Virus record (IMG/VR): IMGVR_UViG_3300028666_000022
Location: 275,899 to 339,898 of that record
Reading direction: 5' to 3' (one strand)
DNA: 64,000 bases
The first letter of the stretch is position 1. Each line of letters opens with the position of its first letter. A program made the translations under genes and the position numbers. A model generated the notes under the pieces. That model was not told the origin of the DNA. It did not search any database and saw nothing but the letters and a program-made list of their open reading frames with translations. Shown in pieces: positions 57,492 to 64,000 of the stretch.

Positions 57492-60400
57492 ATGAGTTTA
57501 AGTTGTTCAACAATTATAATTACAGAAGGTAATATATCTAACAATATTGAATATATTGAAAGAGTTACTGATGGTATTGTTATTCATGATCCTGCTGGAG
57601 AAACTGTTATTATTCAAGATTTTGATTCAATTTCGCCATCACCAATTCCTCATTATACAGCAGAAAATGTTGCAAATAAAAAATGTAATTTATTAAATCC
57701 TAATAATACAACATATCCAACAACACTTGCGATTAGTAATGCAGTTTCATTTATTACTGGAATTACATCAAATTCATTAACGGGTGTTACTAATTTAGGA
57801 TTAGGTACTGGAATTTATTATTCGAAAATAAATAATAATGTTCATTTAAAATCACTAGTTGGATTAGGTAATATTAGTATCACTTCAAATAACAATGAAA
57901 TTTTTTTAAGTGGTTTTACAACAAATATTGCTTGGGGTAATATTAGTGGTTTTATTTCTGGTCAAACGGATTTATATAATTGTTTAAATACAAAATTAAA
58001 AATAATCGATTTTAATGTCTATAGTGGAACAACATTAAGTTTAATTAACACTAAATTAAACACTAATGTTTTCAATGCTTTTACTGGAATAACAATACCA
58101 AATAATTATTATAACAAGACTCAGATTAATAATTATACTGGTAATACCTTAAGTAATATTAATACAAGAATATTAAAAACTGATTTTAATACCTTTACAG
58201 GTACTACTTTACCCTCTAACTATTATAATAAAACTCAGATTAATGATTATTCTGGCAATACGTTGACAAATATTAATACTAAAGTACCTAAATTAATTGC
58301 TTCAACAGGACAGATTATTTACAAAAATAGTATACAATTGACAGGCTGTAGTAATATGGTATATTGTGATACAAAAAAGAGTTATATATTAAGTAGAGGT
58401 TCAAGTGCAATAGGTGGTGATTCTGGTGTATTTGGTGGATGTAATAATAATGCAAATGCTGTTTGTTCTATTATATTAGGTGGTCAATGTAATTATATTG
58501 ATTCAACTAGTTTACGTTCAGCTATAATTGGTGGACAAAACATTAGTTTAAGTGGAAGTACATATGATGATACGCTTGCAGTTAATTGTTTAGCACTAAT
58601 ATGTACGCCAAGTGGTTCTGGTAATATATTAGCTTTAGATAATATCACTAAAAAAATATGTGTTGTTAGTTCAACTACTTTTGGTAGTATTACTGGAGCA
58701 ACAAATGGATTAAATAAAAATAATGAAAATATTAGTTTAGGTGGATTATTAACTAATGACACTACAATTAGTGGTAATTCTACATACGGTTTAAGTTTGA
58801 ATAATTTAAGTAATTTTAATGTTAATTATTGTAATTCAATAATAACAGATACTAATGAAACACCAAGAGGATTAAAATATGCTGCAGATTATAGTAATAC
58901 ATATTTAAATAGATCGATTGTTGATGCTGCTTATGTAACTGGTAAAACAAACACAAAATTAGATAAGACTACTTTTAGTACATATACAGGCACAACAGTA
59001 CCTGCAAATTATTATAATAAGACTCAAATCAATAGTTATACTGGTAGCACATTAACCAATATTAATACAAGATTAATAAAAACAGATTTTAACACATATA
59101 CTGGAAGTACTAATACTTTGATTGGTACAAAATTAAACACGAGCGTTTTTAATACTTTTACGGGTACTACAGTACCGAATGATTATTACAATAAAACCCA
59201 AATAAATACATACTCAGCTAGTACTTTAACAAATATTAACACAAGGTTATTAACCACAACCTTTAATACTTTTAGTGGTACTACTTTACCTGTGATTTAT
59301 TATAATAAAACTCAAATTAATAGTTATACTGGAAGCACTAATACTTTGATTGATACAAAATTAGATAAAACTATTTTTAGTAATTATACAGGAACAACAA
59401 TACCAAATACATATTACAATAAGACTCAAATTAATAATTATAGTGGTAACACAGCTACTTCAATTAGTAATAAGTTAAACACCACTACCTTTAATACATT
59501 TACAGGAACTACCTTACCTGCAAATTATTATAATAAGACTCAAATCAATAGTTATACTGGTAGTACCTTAACTAATATTAATTCAAGATTATTAAAAACA
59601 GATTTTAATACCTTTACGGGAACAACATTACCTAATAATTATTATAACAAAACTCAGATTAATAATTATTCGGGTAATACAAATACTCTAATAGGTGCAA
59701 AAGTTAGTACAACAACATATAATACATATACTGGCACAACAGTTCCAGCAAACTATTATAACAAGAGTCAAATTAATAGTTATAGTGCAAGTACATTAAC
59801 CAATATAAATAGTAAGTTAGGAACAATATCTGGTGCAACAGGTAGAGTTGCAATATATAATACAAATAGTCAGATATGTGGAAACAGTAATTTTATTTAT
59901 AATGGTACTACATTAACTCTTGGTACAAATTCTACTGGAAATAATCAAATTATTAATGCTACACAGGGTACTGAACAAGCACCAGCATTAACAATTGGAA
60001 ATTGGACACTTGGTACGGGTTGGCAATATTTAACCACACCTAATAGGTTAGACAAAAATGCTGCTGGAACTGGTATTATAACACAACTTAGTGGTGCAAC
60101 AATTACACCGGGTACCACTTATAAAGTAACTATTATTGTTACTGCTATTACTGGAAGTACAGCAACATATAGTTTAGGTGGAATATCTGGTCAACCATTA
60201 ATTGCTGCTCAAACATATTCTGAATTAATAACAGCAAATACTAATGGAAAATTAATCATTACCCCAGTTGCAACTGCACTGAGAATGACAATTTCTTTGA
60301 TTAGTATAACACCCATATCAAACGGCAATCTGTCGGTTGACGGCAATATAACTCAGCATGGTAATGGTGTTTTAACTAACTCAAACTTAACTCCAAGTGT

Positions 60401-61874
60401 TGCAGGACAAATACCATTTTATACAGGTGTTGGCAATCAAACAACAAATAGTCCAAGGTTTGCACTTTCACCAAATGGAGGAATTAATTTTATTGATGTT
60501 GTTCCAACCATTTCTCTTAGTGCTACTAATAATAATTCATCCTATAGTTTTGGAATTAGACAATTAACCAGTACAAATGCCTTTTTTTTAACTTATTATG
60601 GTACTGGATTTGGAACTACTGCAAAAAGAGGTGCTGTTGAACTTTGGAATTATCAAAATGGATACATGGCATTTGCAAATAATAATGTTGAATTAATGAG
60701 ATTAACATCTGGTGGTAACTTAGGTATTGGAACAACAATTCCTACCAAAGATTTATCATTTGGTGGTAACGTAGTAAGAACAATTTGGACAGAAAGAAAT
60801 ACAAATGCTGCAACAGCAGGACAAAATTTAACATTATCTGTTGGTGGAGCATTTTCTGGTGGAACTGATTTAGCTGGTGGAAATTTAATTCTTTCTTCAG
60901 GAATTGCGACAGGTGCTGGTAATTCAAGTATTATATTTCAAACAGCTAATGCTGGTACATGTGGTACTGTAGATAGAACACCCACAACCAGTATGACAAT
61001 AACAAATGGAATTGTTGGTATAGGCATGGCTCCAATAGTTTCTGGTGGTGGTAGTGGTTACAATCTGTACTTAAGTACTGGTATAATGTTTGATGTTGGT
61101 CAGAATTTCAGAGCAGACCAAAATGGAATACATATGTCATCAGCAATAGGTCATCCATTAGTAATTGATACTGTATTAAATAATAATAATATAAATATAC
61201 AACCACAAGGTGCAGGTAATATAAATTTATTGCAAGCAACTGGTACTGGACAAGTTGCTATTGATGGACAAAATGCTAGAATATTTGGAATGCTTAGAAA
61301 TACAACTACCAATACTGCAGGATTAAATCTTACAATAAATGCGGGTGGGGCAACTAATGCAGCAACTAATAAAAATGGCGGAATATTATACAATACACCG
61401 GGAATATCAACAGGTAGTGGTACAACAAGTATTGTACTCCAATCATTAAATCGTGCTTCAACAACAGGAACTGCTGATAATGCAACTGAAGATAGGTTTA
61501 TTATACCATCAGTAAAAAATTTAATAAATAACACGGTAGTTAGATTATTTGATGTGACACTACCAACACTTACAAATGCTGGTGGTACAATTAATTATAC
61601 CATATTTTCTACCGATGGCGCAAATATACAATCAATTACTGGTAGGATTGTTTATGATGCAGTAAATTTATCTGGTGTTTATACTACACAATTTACACCA
61701 ACAAATAATACTGCTGCAGTTACAACTGGAACATTAGTACCTACTTGGAGTATAGTATCTGGAACTAATAAAATTACTATAAATATTAGTGTTGCTAGTT
61801 CATTAACACCAACAACATTACAAATTAGATATACATTAAAAAATACTAGTAATCAAACAATAACTCAATTATAA
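57492..61874 (+). CDS. Tail fibre-like protein
   Basis: 1460 aa, T/N/G-rich; 38-aa repeats; GGxxN repeats; ELMRLTSGGNLGIGTT fibre motif. Confidence 0.75.
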   Translation: MSLSCSTIIITEGNISNNIEYIERVTDGIVIHDPAGETVIIQDFDSISPSPIPHYTAENVANKKCNLLNPNNTTYPTTLAISNAVSFITGITSNSLTGVTNLGLGTGIYYSKINNNVHLKSLVGLGNISITSNNNEIFLSGFTTNIAWGNISGFISGQTDLYNCLNTKLKIIDFNVYSGTTLSLINTKLNTNVFNAFTGITIPNNYYNKTQINNYTGNTLSNINTRILKTDFNTFTGTTLPSNYYNKTQINDYSGNTLTNINTKVPKLIASTGQIIYKNSIQLTGCSNMVYCDTKKSYILSRGSSAIGGDSGVFGGCNNNANAVCSIILGGQCNYIDSTSLRSAIIGGQNISLSGSTYDDTLAVNCLALICTPSGSGNILALDNITKKICVVSSTTFGSITGATNGLNKNNENISLGGLLTNDTTISGNSTYGLSLNNLSNFNVNYCNSIITDTNETPRGLKYAADYSNTYLNRSIVDAAYVTGKTNTKLDKTTFSTYTGTTVPANYYNKTQINSYTGSTLTNINTRLIKTDFNTYTGSTNTLIGTKLNTSVFNTFTGTTVPNDYYNKTQINTYSASTLTNINTRLLTTTFNTFSGTTLPVIYYNKTQINSYTGSTNTLIDTKLDKTIFSNYTGTTIPNTYYNKTQINNYSGNTATSISNKLNTTTFNTFTGTTLPANYYNKTQINSYTGSTLTNINSRLLKTDFNTFTGTTLPNNYYNKTQINNYSGNTNTLIGAKVSTTTYNTYTGTTVPANYYNKSQINSYSASTLTNINSKLGTISGATGRVAIYNTNSQICGNSNFIYNGTTLTLGTNSTGNNQIINATQGTEQAPALTIGNWTLGTGWQYLTTPNRLDKNAAGTGIITQLSGATITPGTTYKVTIIVTAITGSTATYSLGGISGQPLIAAQTYSELITANTNGKLIITPVATALRMTISLISITPISNGNLSVDGNITQHGNGVLTNSNLTPSVAGQIPFYTGVGNQTTNSPRFALSPNGGINFIDVVPTISLSATNNNSSYSFGIRQLTSTNAFFLTYYGTGFGTTAKRGAVELWNYQNGYMAFANNNVELMRLTSGGNLGIGTTIPTKDLSFGGNVVRTIWTERNTNAATAGQNLTLSVGGAFSGGTDLAGGNLILSSGIATGAGNSSIIFQTANAGTCGTVDRTPTTSMTITNGIVGIGMAPIVSGGGSGYNLYLSTGIMFDVGQNFRADQNGIHMSSAIGHPLVIDTVLNNNNINIQPQGAGNINLLQATGTGQVAIDGQNARIFGMLRNTTTNTAGLNLTINAGGATNAATNKNGGILYNTPGISTGSGTTSIVLQSLNRASTTGTADNATEDRFIIPSVKNLINNTVVRLFDVTLPTLTNAGGTINYTIFSTDGANIQSITGRIVYDAVNLSGVYTTQFTPTNNTAAVTTGTLVPTWSIVSGTNKITINISVASSLTPTTLQIRYTLKNTSNQTITQL
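58080..59820 (+). repeat. Nine PxxYYNK(T/S)QINxY repeats, mostly 38-aa/114-nt period
   Basis: Two copies near 58095-58260 and seven between ~59000 and 59820. Confidence 0.85.
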
Positions 61875-61888
61875 AATAACATATAAAT

Positions 61889-62518
61889 ATGGCAATAATA
61901 AAAGCAATAAAATATAAAGGATTTAATCCTTATTGGTGGGATATATTAGATACTAGAGTTGACTATATTAATAATGCAACATATGTAACATTATGTGTTT
62001 ATGCGAGTTCAAATTCATGTCTTCAAAATAAAAAATCATATATTGATGGAATATTTTTTTCGGATTCTATACCGGGTGTTGATTTAACTAGAGAACAAAC
62101 AATGAATTTGATTATATCTCAAAATTCTAATTCATTTTTTACTGGTGCAGTTAATACTGATGGAAGTTATTCTTTAGAAAATGTTCAAAGTATAATATAT
62201 GAACAAATTTCAAATGAACGAAATACAGGATTTGTTAGATTTGCAGAATGTATTGATTTTAGATATTTTATGAGAAATAATATTATAATACTTAATTTAA
62301 TTATACATTATGCTCCAGACGGAATTAATGTCGATTCAAATTTAGATGTTGAAATAACATGGGTTGTGGACGACTATTATAAAATACCAAATACAACCAT
62401 TGGTGAAGCCAGTTATTTTATCGGAATGGTTATGCAAGGGACATCAATATTTGATGTTATTCGTGCTGGAATTCATTACGGTGATTCTGATGGTAGTATT
62501 GATAGTAAATTATATTAA
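61889..62518 (+). CDS. Tail-fibre-associated hypothetical protein
   Basis: 209 aa immediately after fibre gene. Confidence 0.5.
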   Translation: MAIIKAIKYKGFNPYWWDILDTRVDYINNATYVTLCVYASSNSCLQNKKSYIDGIFFSDSIPGVDLTREQTMNLIISQNSNSFFTGAVNTDGSYSLENVQSIIYEQISNERNTGFVRFAECIDFRYFMRNNIIILNLIIHYAPDGINVDSNLDVEITWVVDDYYKIPNTTIGEASYFIGMVMQGTSIFDVIRAGIHYGDSDGSIDSKLY

Positions 62519-62535
62519 AATAAAAACATATTAAA

Positions 62536-63048
62536 ATGAAATTACGAACAATTACATTAGATAAATTACAAACAGGAGATGTTCTTTGTTTTGAAAAAAA
62601 TAGTGGAATATCTCGTGCAAATCAAATTATAACACGTTCTCATATTGGACATACTGGAATATATATAAATAATGGTGAGAAATTAGTTTACGAATCCTTA
62701 TCAAATGGATTTCATCCAAGACCAATTCAAGAAAGTATCGATAAACACACAGTTTCTGTTTATATCCAACGTCCATTATTTAATTTTAGCTCGAATGAAT
62801 TAGAACGAGAATGTAAAAAGAAAATAGGTACTAAATACTATTTTATGGGATTATTTTATCAATTAAAACACAATGTTTGGGGTGGTTGGGATGGTACTCA
62901 GGATTTATCACATGGAGCAATTTGTTCTAGTATTGTAAATTGTATTTTTAACATACTTACTGAACGTTTCTTAACGTGGTATAAAGATACTCCAGCAGAT
63001 ATTTGGGAAAATAGAGTTGATTTTGAAAGTTTTGAATTATTATTATAA
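62536..63048 (+). CDS. Permuted papain-like NlpC/P60 enzyme (YiiX/YebB-like)
   Basis: LQTGDVL, GHTGIY (His first), AICSSIV (Cys late), TPADI. Confidence 0.75.
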   Translation: MKLRTITLDKLQTGDVLCFEKNSGISRANQIITRSHIGHTGIYINNGEKLVYESLSNGFHPRPIQESIDKHTVSVYIQRPLFNFSSNELERECKKKIGTKYYFMGLFYQLKHNVWGGWDGTQDLSHGAICSSIVNCIFNILTERFLTWYKDTPADIWENRVDFESFELLL

Positions 63049-63053
63049 TTTAA

Positions 63054-63161
63054 ATAAATACTGGTTGTTATGGAAATTCAGCAAACTCAGTACCTCTAGC
63101 TGGATCATTTATGAATGGATATATTTATGATGTTAAAGCAAGAACTGGTCTAGTTTTTTAA
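63054..63161 (+). pseudogene. Start-less remnant resembling a LamG-type C-terminus
   Basis: TGCYGNSANSVPLAGSFMNGYIYDVKARTGLVF*; no plausible start; coding-like composition. Confidence 0.4.
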
Positions 63162-63277
63162 CAACTAATGATTTACTTAATTTATATAATACTGAAAAAG
63201 TACATATTTATTACAATAATATTAATGATCAATTAAAATAAATTTAATTAATACTGTGTTGAACATATTATTCCTTA

Positions 63278-63865
63278 TTAACAATAAGGAATATTTTTTA
63301 TATTATCTCTTTTTAATTTATCGGTTGAAGTAGTTTTATTTGAAATAAAACTTTCAGTATAATTTCTAATAAAAAGTTCTTTGATTTTAATTGGTGCTTT
63401 TTTGAAAGCAATAAAATCAATTTCGTCACCATCATTACTTAATAATGTAACATCAATATCGCTCCAATTGATATAATCATAATATGATTCGGTTTGAGGT
63501 TCATTATTATAATCTCCACTATAATTTTTTTCTGTAATATTAATGCCAACATTATTTCCATTAAAATCAACAATAAATTTAATTGGTTCTTTATTGAGAT
63601 CAAACACATATTCAAAATCTAATTGATATTTTATATTTAAATTAGATGCCTCATTTCCTTCTTCCCAATCACCACTAATTTGTGCCTCAGCAATTTTAGT
63701 TTTTAAATTATTTTTATTTAAAAGTGAATCACAAATGAATTGTTTTTGAAAATCTTCGTTTTGTAACAATGAATTAATTTCCTCTTCTTTTAAATATTTT
63801 TCATTACCAAGAAAATCAAAATTAGATATTTCTTCATTAATTATATTAATAATATTTTTTTTCAT
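63278..63865 (-). CDS. Hypothetical late protein, probable head protein
   Basis: MKKNIINIINEEI leader; late motif 63879-63887; ECF-like TGTAAC-N17-CGTA at 63910-63936. Confidence 0.55.
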   Translation of the reverse strand: MKKNIINIINEEISNFDFLGNEKYLKEEEINSLLQNEDFQKQFICDSLLNKNNLKTKIAEAQISGDWEEGNEASNLNIKYQLDFEYVFDLNKEPIKFIVDFNGNNVGINITEKNYSGDYNNEPQTESYYDYINWSDIDVTLLSNDGDEIDFIAFKKAPIKIKELFIRNYTESFISNKTTSTDKLKRDNIKNIPYC

Positions 63866-64000
63866 TTTAATTGTTTAATATAAATACTTAAACAACGTAC
63901 AATTATTAATACGATTAATTAATCATTTTTGTTACAAATTTATTTAAAATCTTCAACAAAGATTTCAATATTATTATAATTACGAAAACTATATATTTTC

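Noticed and set aside
58080-59820. DGR template/variable repeats in the tail fibre
   Set aside because: Repeats are in-frame protein repeats with no obvious adenine-specific variation; no reverse transcriptase in the window
3538-61534. Antisense or nested ORF-track entries (e.g. 3538, 5822, 9349, 15634, 24465, 25876, 34464, 43455, 48534, 51255, 52251, 61151)
   Set aside because: They overlap well-supported genes on the other strand or frame and look like shadow ORFs; 51255-51503 is antisense to the MKN mini-gene array
1-64000. Stop-codon reassignment, as in some jumbo and crAss-like phages
   Set aside because: Core genes (MCP, portal, terminase, helicase) are intact in the standard code; the apparent gaps I examined are filled by ordinary short ORFs

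Overview
Very AT-rich segment of a large (jumbo-type) tailed dsDNA phage with T4-like head genes: gp13/gp14-like neck proteins, gp23-like major capsid protein, gp22-like scaffold, gp21-like prohead protease, gp20-like portal and gp17-like large terminase. Tail-region genes include a 1541-aa baseplate-like protein, an SLT lysozyme, a LamG-like protein and a repeat-rich fibre. These are interleaved with plus-strand blocks of small accessory ORFs, a UvrD helicase, an HslV-like Ntn hydrolase and an RNA-repair-like set (Pnkp, RlaP-like nucleotidyltransferase, metallophosphoesterase, Thg1). TAnnTTTG promoters suggest a Bacteroidota host (inference). Selfish elements are abundant: three inteins (helicase, prohead protease, portal) and four free-standing homing-endonuclease-like genes. 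Three promoter classes can be read from the DNA: host sigmaA-type TAnnTTTG, an ECF-like TGTAAC-N16-CGTA, and a putative late motif GTATTTATA, the reverse complement of the T4 late promoter. The best candidate for an undescribed system is an unannotated 49-aa precursor (leader plus two GIVQPPPPPQP cores) tightly coupled to a 4-5 TM protein and a holin-like 2-TM protein (16625-17709), possibly a peptide-signalling or lysis-control cassette. All family assignments come from motif recognition by eye; no database searches were run.
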